Part shown: positions 11,850 to 26,065 of the stretch, piece after piece | Layout: each line of letters opens with the position of its first letter | Numbering within the stretch: position 1 is the stretch's first letter | From: Camelus dromedarius | Taxonomy: Eukaryota | Direction: 5' to 3' | NCBI RefSeq assembly: GCF_036321535.1 | Contig: NC_087437.1 | Span: 83,268,001 to 83,332,000, forward strand | DNA length: 64,000 bases | Position numbers and translations under genes: made by a program | Notes under the pieces: generated by a model | The model's input: only the letters and a program-made list of their open reading frames with translations | Told to the model about the DNA's origin: nothing | Database searches by the model: none

Positions 11850-14060
11850 CTGTACCAACAGAGCAGAGTGCTCCAAAACTATTAACTTAGTAACCTGTAG
11901 TATATCCTTACCCCTGCTAGATAATCTATCATTACTGATCCAGAGGAAAAATAGTCATTTCAGAATAAACAGAAAAATTACAGGCTACATCCCCACAAAG
12001 CCAATATAAGGAGAAAACTAAAAATATGAATACAGTGTTTCATTTGATAAAGTTCTTTCCAGAAAAACAACAGCAAGAAAGAAAAAAATTCTTACAGTTT
12101 CTCAGCCTGCACTCTTGTAGATATGGAAAAACACCTTTTATCAAAAATTCTAAAACCAAAACAGAGATGGAGAAAAAGAAATACATAAGATGATAACTGA
12201 CTAAATGTAGAAAAGATTTGGAGAAAAAGACATAATCACTTTGGAAATTAAAATTAAATTACAAGGTTCTCAAGAGGTAAGGGATTCTATTATCTGTGAA
12301 AGGGCCATTGAAGAGAAGAAAGGAAATGATTAAAAGAATGAAAGTGACACATTTAAAGGGGTAGAAAGAATTAAGAGTTATGATACTGTAAAAATTAACA
12401 GACTGCTACACAAACAGAATTGTAGTCCTTAAAAAAGAAAAAATAATGGAAGAGAAATTATAATCTAAGTAAAAATTGGGGAAAACGAGAAAACGTTAAC
12501 ATACATTTTGAAACATAATTGTGATAATTGACCCAGAAAAGTGAACTTCAAGATATATGCTAGTAAAACTATTAGACTTCAAGTTAAAGAAAATTATCTG
12601 CACTTCCATCTACATATCTTCACTTACAAAGAAAAGAAACCAGATTGGCATCTCAACAGCAATGTATAAAACAAGATAACTGTAGATCAGCATTCTCAAT
12701 AAACTTAAGGATAAGAGTATGGGCCTAGAATTTTATATCTAGTTAAGCTACACTTTCTAATTAATAGTATAAAAATAATCAGGGAAATAGGAAATTGCTG
12801 TGAGAATGCAAAGTAGTAATTACTAGGCAAGACCCAGTGGTGGGCAAAACTTCAAGAAGAAACAACATATTTTATAGTCTCCCCAAAATATTTAATTACT
12901 GGATGGTGTTAATATATTTCCAGATTCTTTGATTCTCCTCCCTCCAGGAGACATAGCACAGTACCTCTTCCCTTGAGTGTAGCCTGGACTTAGTGACTTG
13001 TTTCTAACAAATGGAGTATGAACAGGAATAAATTTTACAGTGGAGAAACCTAGCAGATTCCACCTTAGTGTGATCAAGATTAACATCATTAGTAAGAAGT
13101 TATGTTGCTATCATGAACCCCCAATATGATAGAATGAGAAGGACTTCTCACTTCTGTGATATTCTTCCTCCAAATCCATAACACGAGTCTAATCATGAGA
13201 CCAGACAAACGAAAATTTAGAGATATTCTACAAAATATTTTGAGTCCTCCAGTATTTCTGAGATTATGAAAGACAAGGAAACACAGAGAAACTGTCACAT
13301 TGGAGGAAACCAAGGAGACATGAAAACTAAATGCAAATTGGCATCCTTAATTAAATCCTGGAACAGAAAAATGACATTAGAGGAAAAACTGTTAAAATCC
13401 AGCATAAAACGTATAATTAACATCTTAGCTTTGATATATGTGCCATGATTACTTAAGATGTAACATTAGTGGAACTTGGGTAAAATGTACCAGAGAACTC
13501 TGGATTTTTTTAACTCCTTTGGAAATCAGAAATTATTACAAAATAAAATGTTAATACATTTTTTAAAAAATCAGCGGAGGAGAAGAGAAAGCTAAAGTAA
13601 ATAAGCTTATTGACTACCACATAAATTCTAGTCATAGTCAAGTAATATTATTGAAAGCTAACAAACCAAAAGTAGCATGATAAATACAGAAAAGTGGGGA
13701 TTGGATAGGTAATAAAAGTATTAACATAAAGGTAATATTACAGTACTAACAAAAATACCTTCCATCCAAAATGCAAAAAGAAATAGAAAAAGCAAGGAAA
13801 ACAAACCATGCAAAAATGAAACAAAGATTGTATAATACAGTTGGTTGGTAAATATTAGATAAAATAATATGCAAGAATTTGGACCAATCAGAAATTAATG
13901 TAAATGGAATTAATTCACCAATTACAATGAGATTTTCATATTGCTCAAAAAGGGAAAGTCAGCTTTACAATCTGGATAAGAGGTACAGCTACAACAAAGT
14001 CATTCCGAAAGGCTACAAATAAATGAGTAGATAGAGCTGTGTCAGATAAAGTATAGGAAA
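11850..14060 (+). mobile_element. Old L1 fragments, including an L1MC-type 3' end at about 12800-13560
   Basis: A-rich decayed L1. TTTACAGTGGAGAAACCT...GTGATCAAGATTAACATCA is recalled as L1MC 3'UTR. Confidence 0.6.
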
Positions 14061-14789
14061 CAACCTAGAAACCCATTCCTAGAGACCATTTCAGTAAACA
14101 CACAGCTAAGTGCTGCATGACTGTTACAAAAAAAGAGAGAGGGATATCACTACATACAGATATGGTGTGATTTCCAGGTCATTGTAAGTAAAGGGAAAAA
14201 AAAAACTCAATGCGTATTATGTATGTATGTGTGTGTGTGTGTGCATATGTGTATGCTACCATTTGAGTAAGAAGGAAGGGGAGATTAGATTGTGTAGATA
14301 TGCATGCATGTTTGTGTGTTTTCTTATTTTTTTAAAGAAAGAGAAGAAATATAGATCAGAAACTAGTTAACATTATTGCTTATGGGGCCTCTTCAGAAAA
14401 ATGTCTAATTCCCATTTTGAGGCAGGAAATCCATAAGTTTAGTCTAGACATGTTGTACATGAGAGCATGAAATCTATCAGAGACTACTGTCTCAGAAAGA
14501 CTCAGGACCATCTTGAAGTTTTTGAGTGAGTTTCTATTAGCCAAAGATGAGACAATATTGGTATCAAAATGAATAGTAAGTATAATGGATTTAAGCTGAT
14601 GAAACATATTAAAATCTATTAGTTTAGAATGGTCATTTTTAATATGTTGAAGATCTTCATAGCATATTAGGAAAACAATCTATTCTGACAACTAGTAATA
14701 AGATTTCTTCATTCTGATTTTTCTATGTAAATTGTATCTATTATGTTCTCTCAGGTTGTCTTAATTGATGAAGTAAAGCTTTGAGTCTT

Positions 14790-15050
14790 TAAAGTGAAAG
14801 AAAGTAAAAAGAAAAGAGAGAGATAGATACAGGGAGAGAGGATGGGGGAGGGTGGGGAGGGAGGAGAGAGGAGTGGGAAGGCAGGGTGGGAAAGGGAAGA
14901 AATTGGAAGAGAACTAAAGAAGAGGGAAGAAATAGGAAAGGGAAAATAAGGGAAGGAAAGGAAAGAAAAAAGAAAAGAGAACTAAGCAGGCAAGGAAGAA
15001 AGAAAAAAGAATCCACATTATGTAGAAAAATGAATGAAAGGAAAAAGCCA
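14790..15050 (+). repeat. Polypurine (GA-rich) low-complexity tract
   Basis: About 260 bp of almost only G/A, with G-runs at 14844-14895. Confidence 0.9.
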
Positions 15051-17804
15051 AAGATATTCATTCTGCAACTTTATACAGCCATTGATAAATAAAATGTCTA
15101 AAAATTTCTGAAAAGAAAATAAAGGAATGTGAATCAGTATGACAATGAAATTTCTCAGAAGCAACACAGCTTGCTAGAATATAAAGGAAGAATGCCTTTA
15201 ATGATCAGAAGAAAAATTATTTCAAATCCAGAATTCTGTAGAAGCCAAACTACTCGTCATGTGTGAAGAAAGAACAAAGGTCATTTGCAACATGTCTGGA
15301 TTCCCAGTCTTTATTGCCAACAAGATTATCAGGATTTCCTAGTGAAATGGAGAGGAATATAGAGAGTTTGGAAGCAAAGTATCCAACATAAGGAGTCGGC
15401 AAAGGGATGTCTCAGCAGGACAGCTGAGCACTGGGCCTAGAGAGCAGCCTCTCCAGACAGGAGCACCAGGAGGAAGTCTCTAGGATTAAAAAAAATTATT
15501 TAATAGAGTTGAGTTTTTAAGGAATATATTTGATAGACACATGATGGATCTAATAGAGCAAATGGGAAATAAAGTTTTTTGTAACATTTAAAAAAATCCC
15601 ACGAAGTCATCAGGAATGAAGTATAATCTTAGTGCACTAGTTGCTCAGCAATGAAAAGTATTCACAGGACCCTAATAAAGCCTAATGATTAAATTATCAA
15701 ATATTGTGATTACCATCAAGAATGAGATAAATGGGGAGGTGTGAAATACATATATACATAGATGCATACATTAATAACATAGCAGGAAGTTGATTAATAT
15801 GTGTACAATTGATACTGTAAAAGGTAAATTTTCAGAGAAATAGCTAAAAATACTTAGAAAGTGGTTATATCTGATATGCATAGGTTATGGTGGGCAAAGG
15901 ATTATAATTTTTGAATTCACTTTTGGTAATATTTTTTAAATTGGTTTATGAATAAAAATTTAAAAGAAATAAACAGACCAGTAGCAGGGAGACCAGTGTG
16001 AAGCCATTGACATTATTCAGGTAAGAGATGTTAAACAACATAGAATTGTGTGAGGATAGTGTAAATGGAGAGATTTGGACACATTGAAGATATATTTCAG
16101 AGATAGAGTTACAGATCTTGTGAAAGATTGGATCTCAAGAGAGAAGATGAAGGATTACTCCTAATTTTATCCTTGCCCAGTGGTTGGAGGATGCTACTAT
16201 CAAGATGGAGAAGACCAGGAATACCCACATTTCTGTTGCTTTTTGATCACATTAAATTTGAGATGTCTTTGGGAAATTCAAAGAACTATATCCTGTGTGG
16301 CAATTAGACATGTAAGTCTGGAGATTAGGGGAGATGACAGAGCTGGAAATATTCATTCATGTAGATGATAGTAAAAACTATAAAAATAGATGGAGCCACA
16401 TAAAAAAAGAATAGAAAGAATAGAATAAAGAATCTTACAGCTGAACCTTATCGAATCCTAACATTAAACTTTGCTTAGAGGCAAAAGGGTCTTCCCCAAT
16501 CATAGTACATATTACTACTTAATTTAATTACTTTTTTTTAAGTCTCTCTTTTCTACTAGAATATAAGTGTAGAGACTGGAACTGTCATTTTCTTTTTATC
16601 TTATTGAAATATAGTTGATTTACAATATTAATTTCAAGTGTACAGCATAGTGGTTCAATATTTTTATAGATTATACTCCATTTAAAGTTGTTATAAAATA
16701 ATAGACATACTCCCTTTGCTGTACAATATATCCTTGTTGCACATTTATTTTATACTGAGTAGCATATCTCTCTTAATCCCACACCCCTATCTTGTCCCTT
16801 CCCTCCTCCCTCGCCCCGCTGGTAATCACTAGTTTGTTCTCTGTATCTGTTAGTCTGTTTCTGTTTTGTTATGTTTATTCATTTGTTTTATTTTTTTAAT
16901 TCCACGTATAAATGATAACATATGGTAATTGTCTTTCTCTTTCTGAGTTATTTCACTAAGCATAATGCCCTTTAGGTCCATCTATGTTATTGAAAGTAAC
17001 AGAATTTCATTGTTTTTTATGGCTGAGTAGTATTACATTGTAAATGTATACACATTTCTTTATCCAGTCATCTGTTGATGAACAATTAGATTGCTTCCAT
17101 ATCTTGGCTATTGTACATAATGATGCTATGACCATTGGGGTGCAGATATCTTTTCAAATTAGTGTTATTATTTTCTTTGGATATGTATCCAGGAATGGAA
17201 TTGGTGAATCACATGATAGTTCTAATTTTAGTGTTTTGTGGAATCCCCGTTCTGATTTCCATAGTGGCTCTACCAATTTACATTTCCACCAACATTGTAC
17301 TTGGGTCCCCCTTTTTCTTCAGCCTTGCCAACATTTGTTATTTGTGGTCTTTTTTTAAATTGACGTATAGTTGATTTACAATGTTATATTAGTTTCTGGT
17401 GAAGAGCATAATGATTCAGTCATACAGATATATGCACATATTCTTTTTCATATTCTTTTTCACTATAGGTTATCATAAGATATTGAATACAGTTCCTGGT
17501 GCTGTATGGTAGGACCTTTTTATTTTATATATAGTAGTTTGTATCTGCTAATCCCAAACTCCTAATTTAGCCTTCCCCTACCCTTTCCCCTTTGGTAACT
17601 GCAAGTTTGCTTTCTATTTCTGTGACTCTCTTTCTGTTTTGTAAATAAGTTCATTTGGGTCATTTATTTAGATTCCACATAAAAGTGATACGTGATTTAT
17701 CTTTCTCTGTCTGATTTACTTCACTTAGTATGATAATCTCTAGGTCCATTCATGTTGCTGCAAATGACATTATTTCATTCTTTTTTACGGCTGAGTAGTG
17801 TTCC

Positions 17805-17808
<4 letters not shown>

Positions 17809-17846
<38 letters not shown>
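17809..17846 (+). repeat. (TG)19 microsatellite
   Basis: Perfect TG run. Confidence 0.95.
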
Positions 17847-17849
<3 letters not shown>

Positions 17850-18229
17850 TTGAGTTTAAAGTAATTTTATTCTGTTTTTCACACCCTCAAAGTAACCCCT
17901 GAAAAAAGTAACCTACAAAACAGTGCACACTGCTCCCTTTAAAGCAATGGATGGGTAATACACTACAAAACAATCTTTGGAATCATATGTAAATATTACT
18001 CTGAATCTCATTTGTCATATCAATATATATATATAATAAAGTTGTTTTATAATATTTATAAAAGTCATCTGTCCATGGACATTTAGGTTGTTTCCATGTC
18101 TTGGCTATTGTAAACAGTGCTGCTGTGAACATTGGAGACATATATCTTTTCAACTTGGAGTTTTCTCTGGATACATACCCAGGAATGTGATTGCTGGATC
18201 ATATGATAGCTCTATTTTTAATTTTTTAA

Positions 18230-18376
18230 ATTTTTTATTTATTATTGTATTATTTTATTTTGGCAAGGAGGGGAGATAATTAGGTTTATTTGCTTTTAAT
18301 GGAGGTACTGGGGATTGAATCCAAGATCTCATGCATGCTAAGCATGCACTCTACCACTTGAGCCATACCCTCCCCC
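18230..18376 (-). mobile_element. tRNA-derived SINE (camelid Vic-1-like) nested in L1
   Basis: GGAGGTACTGGGATTGAATCCAAGATCTCATGCATGCTAAGCATGCACTCTACCACTTGAGCCATACCC. 20-bp TSD CTCTATTTTTAATTTTTTAA at 18210-18229 and 18377-18396. Confidence 0.92.
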
Positions 18377-20099
18377 CTCTATTTTTAATTTTTTAAGGAA
18401 CCTCCATACTGTTTTCCATAGTGGCTGCACCAGATTACATTCCCACAAACACTGTAGGAGTGTTTCTTTTTCTCCACACCCTCTCTAGCTTTTATCATTT
18501 GTGGACTTTTTAATGATGGTCATTCTGACTGATGTGTGGTGATATCTCATTGTAGTTTTGATTTGCATTCCTCTAATTAGTGATATTGAGCATCTTTTCA
18601 TGTGCCTATTGGCCATTCGCATGTCTTCATTGGAGAAGTGTCTGTTTAGGTCTTCTGCCCATTTTTTGACTGGATTGTTTGTTTTTTAATGGATTGTATG
18701 AGCTATTTGTATATATCTAGAAGTTAAGCCCTTGTCAGTCGCATTGCTTGCAAATACTTTCTCCCAGTCCATCAGTTGTCGTTTTGCTTTGTTTATGGTT
18801 TCCTTTGCTGTGCAAAAGCTTACAAGTTTAATTAGGTCCCATTTGTTAATTTTTGCCTTTATTTCTATTGCCTGACTTAGGAGAATATTGCTAAAATTTA
18901 TATCAGAAAATGTTTTGCCTATGTTCTCCTCTGGGAGATTTATGGTGTCCTGTCTTAAGTTTAAGTCTTTAAGCCATTTTGAGTTTATTTTTGTGTATGG
19001 TGTGAGGGAGTGTTCTAACTTCATTGATTCACATGCAACTGTGCAGTTTTCCGAACACTACTTGCTGAAGAAACTCTTTTCTCCACTGTATATTCTTGCC
19101 TTCTTTATCAAAGATTAATTGACTGTAGTTGTGTGGGTTTATTTTTGGGCTCTCTATTCTGTGCCATTGATCTACATGTCTGTTTTTTGTGCCAATATCA
19201 CACTGTTCTGATTACTGTACTTCGTAGTATTGTCTGAAGTCTGGAAGGGATATGCCTCCAGCATCGTTCATTTTCTTCAGTATTGCTTTGGCAATTCTGG
19301 GTCTTTTGTGATTCCATATAAATTTTGGATTATTTGTTCTATTTCTATGAAGAATGTCCTGTGTAATTTGATAGGGACCACATTGAATCTGCAGATAGCT
19401 TTGGGTAGTATGGCCATTTTAACAATATTAATTCATTTAATCCAAGAGGATGGGATATCTTTCTATTTCTTAAAATCATCTTTAATTTCTTTATCAGTGT
19501 TGTATAGTTGTGGTCTTTTTGATGACAGATGTTCTGACAAGTTCAAGGAGAGATCTCATTGGTTTCGATTTGCATTTCACTGATGATTAGTAATATTGAG
19601 CATCTTTTCGTATGCCTGTTGGACATCTGTATGTCTTCCTTTGGGAAAAAATATCTATTCAGGTCTTCTGCCCATTTTTTCAGTGGGTTGTTTTTTCTTT
19701 TGATGTTGAGTTGTACCAGCTGCTTATATACTTTGTATATTAACCCCTTATTGGTCATATTATTTGCAAATATTTTCTCCCGTTCCATAGATTGTCCTTT
19801 CTTTTTGTTGTTGGTTTCCTTTGTTTTGCAAAAGATTTTAAGTTTAATTATGTTCCATTTGTTTGTTTTTGCTTTTGTTTCCTTTGCCTTAGGAGACAGA
19901 CCCAAAACATATTTGTATGACTTAGGTCAAAGAATGCTCTGCCTATGTTATCTTCTAGGAGTTTTATGGTGTCTGGTCTTACATTTAGGTGTTTAATCTA
20001 TTTTGAGTTTGTCTTTGTATATGATGTGAGAAAATGTTTTAATTTCATTCTTTTCCATGTAGCAGTCCAGTTTTCCCAGCAACACATATTGAAGTGATC

Positions 20100-21693
20100 A
20101 TTCAGAAGATCATGAAGAAATGGAACATGGACTTCATTAACTACTGCCAGCTCTTGGCTGCAGCCATTGATGAGTTTTCAGTCTGCCAGGAACAAAGATA
20201 ACATTAAGTCCCTCATATAGTATCATTCAGTGGTGTGATCAGCCATCTACCTAGTAGCAGGTTGATGACATTGGACAGTTTCCATCATAGAAGGGATGTG
20301 TTTTGTTCTTACTGGAATAGATATTTATTCTAGATAGAGATTTGCCTTTCATGAAGTCAATGCTTCTGTCAAAGCAATCATCCTTTTACTTATCAGAATT
20401 TCTAATCCACTGTCATAGTATTCCACACAGCATTGCTTCTCATCAAGACATTCACTCCACAGCCAAAGAAGTGTAGCAATAGGCCTATGATTTGTAGGAT
20501 TCACTAGTCTTAACCTGTTCCCCACTATTCTGAGGCAACGTATTTTATTGAATGGAGGAAAACCTTCTTGTAGACTCATTTACAGAAGAACTAAGTGGAA
20601 ATATTTTGCAGATTTAGGGCAGCATTCTCCAGAGGGCTTTCTATTTTCTGAATCAGCATTTAATGTAGGCTATATTTTCTCCCATAGCCAGGTTTCACGG
20701 ATCCAGTAATCAAGAGGTGGAAATGGGAGTTGTATCACTCACTATTACCCCTATAAGCCCACTGGCATAATTTTTGCTTATATTTCCTTGATCTTATGCT
20801 TTGATGACCTAGAGATCTTAGATCCTGAGAGGGAAATACTTCCATCAGAACACAGAATGATGATTTTGTTGAGCTGGAAGTTAAAACTGCCACTGGACCA
20901 CTTTGGGCTCCTCATTACTCTGAATCATCAGGCAAAGAAGGGAGTTGCTGTGTTGGCTGGGATGACTGATCCTGATAACCAAGGAGAAATTGGAATACTA
21001 CAGTACCATGGAGGGAAGGATCAGCGTATCTAAAATGCAGATTACTTTGGCTCTGTCTTAGTGGTGCTGTTCTTCCCTATGATTAAGGTCAATGGCAAAC
21101 TTTAATAAACCAGTTGGCCAGGAGTTCTAATGATCCAGATTATTTGAGAATGGAGATTTGTGTCACCCCACCAGGTAAATAACAGTAACTAGCTGATGTG
21201 CTTCCTGAAGGCAATGGGGACATGACTGGTAGGGGAAGAACACAGTTATACATACCAAGTGATCAGTTACAGATTTGAGGACAGTAATGTCATATTTCTT
21301 CTTACTTTGGTAAGAATACCTTTTGTGTGTGTGTTTATGTATGTGTGTGTGCACATGTGTGTGTGTGTGTGTGTATACAGCTAATATATTTGTTTTCCTT
21401 CCAGTATTATTCCCTTTTCTTATCACGTAAAGTAAGATGTATAGACTATATATCATTGTAAGTAAGCATTGTTAATTTGACATCATAGTATTAAGCTACC
21501 AGATATCAAGGAGAAGACTAAACATCATTCAGGCATTTTACCTCCTCCTCTGGTGAAAGGTTTAGTGCATTTTTTGGTTGAACATAGCATAGTTGTATTA
21601 TGTTAGGCAGAATTGTGATCTTGTTGTCTTTATTTGGAGATTAAATATGGATGAGGAATTATATACAGGTGCCAAGTTGACAGCAGGTAGACT
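20100..21693 (+). mobile_element. ERV-L internal 3' part (decayed integrase and dUTPase)
   Basis: ORF 20788-21033 (WKLKLPLDHFGLL...AKKGVAVLAGMTDPDNQGEIG) matches ERV-L dUTPase, which lies downstream of integrase in this class; directly followed by an LTR. Confidence 0.85.
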
Positions 21694-22194
21694 TGTGATG
21701 ATTCATTTTATGTGTCAGCTTCTCTGGGACATGCAACGTCCAGATATCTTGAAAAGTATTATTTATGCGTGTATCTGTTAGAATGTTTCCAGAAGTTACT
21801 AGCATGGAATTGGTGGATTGAGTAAAGCAAATGTCTCTCCCCAGTGTGGGTGGGCATCATCTGATATGCTGAGGAACTGAATTTAACAAAATAGGCAGTG
21901 GATGGTTGAATTTCCTCTCTGCTTAACTCATAGACATTGCTCTTCTTCTTCCTTTGATGATCTTGGTTCTTAAGATTTCAGGCTCTTGCAGAAATCTATA
22001 CCATTAGTTCTACTGTCTCAAGCCTTCGAACTATGAATAGTTACTGCCCTGGGTCTAGACCTCTTTGCAGAGGGCAGATTCTCAGCCTCTATAATTGTAT
22101 GTGCCAATACTGTATAATAAAAACATTTATATGATATATATTTATATGTATGTAATATTTGTTCTGTTAACCTGGACAACCCTATACTAATACA
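21694..22194 (+). mobile_element. MLT2-type LTR (3' LTR of the ERV-L)
   Basis: Starts TGTGATGATTCATTTTATGTGTCA and ends CCCTATACTAATACA; contains CTCTCCCCAGTGTGGGTGGGCATCATC and AATAAA. Confidence 0.88.
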
Positions 22195-23669
22195 AATACA
22201 GTTCGTTTAGCAAGTTTCTTGCTTCATATTGAAAATTAGACTGAAATATCATGATGCTACTGTTAGTCATTTTCCTCAATTAAGTCTCATTTAGAAGGTG
22301 TCTCTCAGAAGTAAAAATCACATTATTATAGCATTGAGAATGCCTAGTGTATGATTTGATCCGAGTACAGTTTACAAAGAATAAACTGGCAGCTACGTTT
22401 GAATAGTAAGAGAGAATCAGTGAAGTGGAGGGGATAAGTAACTTGAGTTTTGCAAATCACAGAAGTGGGTAGTTATGAAGGTGAGGATGAAGGTGAGGAT
22501 TTCAGTAGTATCAGTAAGAATATACACAGAATCATTGGTAAGAGGAGGAGAAGGAGTAGACCTGAAGATGATTTACTCATTATTCTTAGAGTATAGTGTG
22601 ATGATAATGAACATTTAAAGACTTTGGGGCACAAACATTCAAACTCTTCTTACATTTTTATGTCCTTCCCAGCCACCCACTGAGCACTATGATATCATAT
22701 CATCTCAATGTTATTTGAACTTTTATACTGTGCATTTAATGCTTCTCTTGTCAACAACACATTCCAATAACTATTGTAGATTACTGTTTTTTTATTTATC
22801 TTTACTTTTTTTAATTCTAGAAAGATTGACCATTTTCTTCCTATTCTGCCATATTTTTCTTTTTTTCTATGCCTATCCAAATTATGGCTCTACCCAAATT
22901 AAATCATCTATCTAATCTGTTAACTTTCTGAATTAGTGAAGTTTTTCAGATTGACCTACAAATACAGACACAGAGAGAAAGGACCTTAGAAGGTGTCGTA
23001 GATAGTGAAAGGCAACTTGCGTCTTTGCCTTTCTCTAAGAAGCACACTAAGCTAAGAGTATCTATTATACTGTAGCACTGTCTTCACTCCATTACCTCTC
23101 ATGCCATTTTTTTTCATTGTTTTCAAATTTCTATTTATTTCTCTTTGATATGAGAGTTGATCACCACAAGAAGTGAAATTTATAATGTCTCAAATAAAGT
23201 GGAATGTAAGACCTTTTGATGGCAGGCAGAATTCTGGGGATTTGCTTCTGTTCACTCAAACACAAACCTACCTCCACTGTGGAGTTAAATGTGATATGAG
23301 TCTCTAGGCTGTACACCTGTGTAGGTATCAAATACATCATAATAAAGTCCTGTTCGGAAGAACTGCACTATTTTAGTACTTGATGAATTTATAAAGCCAC
23401 GTTGAAGAACATGCAAGAATGTGAAATATTTTCATTTTTGTTTTGTTTTAATTATTTTAGTATTATATAAACACTTAATTAAAATTCTTTATTTGCTATT
23501 GAATAAAATAGAGACTTTAAGGAGTTTGTTAGACACTAGCATCTTAAGTCATTAAAATAATAAGACAATTATAAATGCAAAAAACTTTGAGCTCTAATCA
23601 ATACATAGCAACATCTAATCTACAAAAGTTTGTGTTTTACTAAAAAAAGAACACCTATTAGTATGTCAA

Positions 23670-24599
23670 CTAAACATTTCTCTTTAACATTTTTGTTAAT
23701 GAATCTAAGACCTTCTTATTTCTCAGGCTGTAGATGATTGGATTTAACAAAGGAATTATGACAGTGTAAAACAGAGAGTCCATCATGTCTTGATCATCTG
23801 CTTGTGTGGAGCCAGGGCGTACATACATGAAAAGAAGAGGCCCATAGTATAAAGAGACAGATAAGAGGTGGGCTCCACAGGTGGAGAAGGCCTTCCTTAT
23901 GCCTTGTAGAGACTTCTTTTTTAAAATTGTAAAGAGAACCAGTGTATAAGAAATAAGAACAATCAGAATGGTAAACACCTGAATTGAACCAGAGAAAATG
24001 AAAACTATCAGAATATTAATAGAAGGGTCAGTACAAGAAATCTTAAACAATGGCATGATGTCACAGTAAAAGTGATGTATTATGTTGTAATTACAGAAGG
24101 TTAATCTGAATAAAAAACCAATATGAATAAAGGCATGAAGAACACCACCTACAAATGATAAGATTAACAGCTGCATACATAGTCTATTAGTCATAATCAT
24201 TGGATAAAGTAAAGGGTTGCATATGGCCACATAGCGATCATAAGCCATACTTGCCAAGAGAAAACATTCCGTGGTTGCACTGACTGTAAAGGAAAAAAAT
24301 TGTACCATGCATTCAGAGAGGGATATCATCTTATTCTTGGTGAAAGTGTTGACCAGCATCTTGGGGGTCACTATGGATGATATTGAAGTATCCACAAAAG
24401 CCAAACTCCCAAGGAATAAGTACATGGGGATGTGAAGTTGAGAGTCATTCCAGATGAGAGCAATAAGACCAAGGTTGCCCATGATGGTGATGAGGTATAT
24501 CACCAGGAACACCAGGAACAGGGGGATTTGCCACTCCTGCTGGTATGAGAATCCTGTGAGAACAAACTCTGTCAGCAATGTTGCATTTTCCTTTTCCAT
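23670..24599 (-). CDS. Olfactory receptor, family 5 subfamily H-like, intact (309 aa)
   Basis: ATG to [58 protein letters not shown] and [12 protein letters not shown] are OR5H-typical. Acceptor ttttatttcAG|gggagatc puts the exon start at 24617. Confidence 0.95.
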   Translation of the reverse strand: MEKENATLLTEFVLTGFSYQQEWQIPLFLVFLVIYLITIMGNLGLIALIWNDSQLHIPMYLFLGSLAFVDTSISSIVTPKMLVNTFTKNKMISLSECMVQFFSFTVSATTECFLLASMAYDRYVAICNPLLYPMIMTNRLCMQLLILSFVGGVLHAFIHIGFLFRLTFCNYNIIHHFYCDIMPLFKISCTDPSINILIVFIFSGSIQVFTILIVLISYTLVLFTILKKKSLQGIRKAFSTCGAHLLSVSLYYGPLLFMYVRPGSTQADDQDMMDSLFYTVIIPLLNPIIYSLRNKKVLDSLTKMLKRNV

Positions 24600-25174
24600 G
24601 TCCTCACTAGATCTCCCCTGAAATAAAATGCAATAAATGTAAAAATAATATTCATTATGGATTTATTTCATTATGGAATTGAGAACTTGGAGAGTGGAGT
24701 CAAAATAAATTATACTCCTGAAGTCAAAATAACTTATACTCTTATCAGAATGCCCTTTTAATCTCACAAAATAGTACTATAATAAACTTGTGGGGACTTG
24801 AAGAAATGTTGATAAATATAATTTCAGTTCAAATAATATGCAGAAATTCATAGATTCATATAAGAAAGACATTCTAACCATTTTCAAAATTTGTGGGGAC
24901 TCGATAGAATGTGGTAGAGAAATTCTGAGTCTGGGACATGGATTATTAGTCAAGAGAATAGATGTTTAAAGGATCTGGATTATAAAATGAATTGGATGCA
25001 TGCAAAGAATCTTGAACTCTTTTCCTCAGGTAACAGATACGTACTGAAAAATTTCAAGACAGGGAGAGGCATTGGAAAGTATCTTAAATTAATTTTTTGT
25101 TAGGGCAAAAAATAGGTGTCATGGAGGGGAAATTGGAAGTCAGGGATACTATTCAGGACATGTTGCTATTGTCC

Positions 25175-25350
25175 AATGGTTTTCAAACCAGACTACACAT
25201 CAGAATTGTTTGTGAAGCTTTTTGTGTAAAATATACATTGTAAGATACTACTGTAGAAATTAATTCAGTGGGTCAAGATTGAGTTCTAGGAATCTGTACT
25301 TTAAAAAAATGCTCCACAGGTGATTCAAATGCATGTGGAGTGCCTAGTTC
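25175..25350. mobile_element. MER5-like hAT-Charlie MITE
   Basis: CAATGGTTTTCAAAC...CACATCAGAATT...GGAATCTGTACTTTAA...CAGGTGATTC. Confidence 0.65.
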
Positions 25351-25499
25351 ATTAGTGATATAACTTTGGAAGTTGTGAGAAGGACAGAAAGATAGATGCA
25401 AAAAAATTCAAAATGTGGAGTCCCTAAGACTTGGTGACTTTAGATGTGGAAGGGGTGGTCAGTGAAGGAGAGAGAGGTCACCTGGTGACTGGGTAGATA

Positions 25500-26065
25500 G
25501 GTTACCCAAAAGGGAAACTGAAAAGACCCCAATTCTTGTCTTACTTGAAAGATAAGATTTACAGATGGGAGACAGAAAGTGTTGTACAGCAAAAACATTT
25601 TAAAAGATTTATTTAGAAAAAAAAGAGTACACGTCCAAGAACAGGAGGTGGGCTTATTCAAGGGGCAATCACAGTGGTCTTTATCTCTCCTTTGTCTTAC
25701 ACCCTCACTTAGAGGTGGTCTTTTGATTGATTGATGGCTTTTGTTCCTGGAATGCTTAGTTATGTTTAGTCCCTTTACGCATGTCCTTAACCATGGTATA
25801 CATAGAAAACCCCATGGGCAGGGTTTGGGGGTGGCTAAACTACAATGTTAACTGTAATGCAATGGATGTTGGGTCGTGTCCAGTTAAGTCCTTTCCACGA
25901 CTGCACAGTCATGGCTGTTGGGTCTTAACTGGTTTATTGCTGACACTCATTTAGGAGAAGTAAAGTTCCTTTATGCTGGAGGTGGGCATAACACCATCTT
26001 CTGGACCATCCTCCCTCTCCTCCACCTACCTGCCTAGTGCCCCCACTTATCTAACTACCTAACCG
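25500..26065 (-). mobile_element. Probable solo ERV LTR
   Basis: About 565-bp block with GTTA...TAAC termini and minus-strand AATAAA (TTTATT near 25608), interrupting old L2-like sequence. Confidence 0.55.

Larger units (their letters stand above)
17355..19507 (-). mobile_element. Younger 5'-truncated L1 nested in the older L1
   Basis: ORF 18686-19024 ([22 protein letters not shown]) is L1 ORF2. TSD TTGTGGTCTTTTT at 17342-17354 and 19508-19520. Confidence 0.9.
16585..20095 (-). mobile_element. Older L1 3' region (16585-17354 and 19508-20095), split by a nested L1
   Basis: The 3'UTR/ORF2 sequence is continuous across the insertion. Minus ORF 19543-19905 is ORF2-like. Confidence 0.85.

Noticed and set aside
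14789..15092. ORFs rich in Lys/Arg/Glu or Phe/Leu/Ser
   Set aside because: Artefacts of the polypurine tract.
20788..21033. Functional dUTPase gene
   Set aside because: A short decayed fragment within an ERV-L that has many stops.
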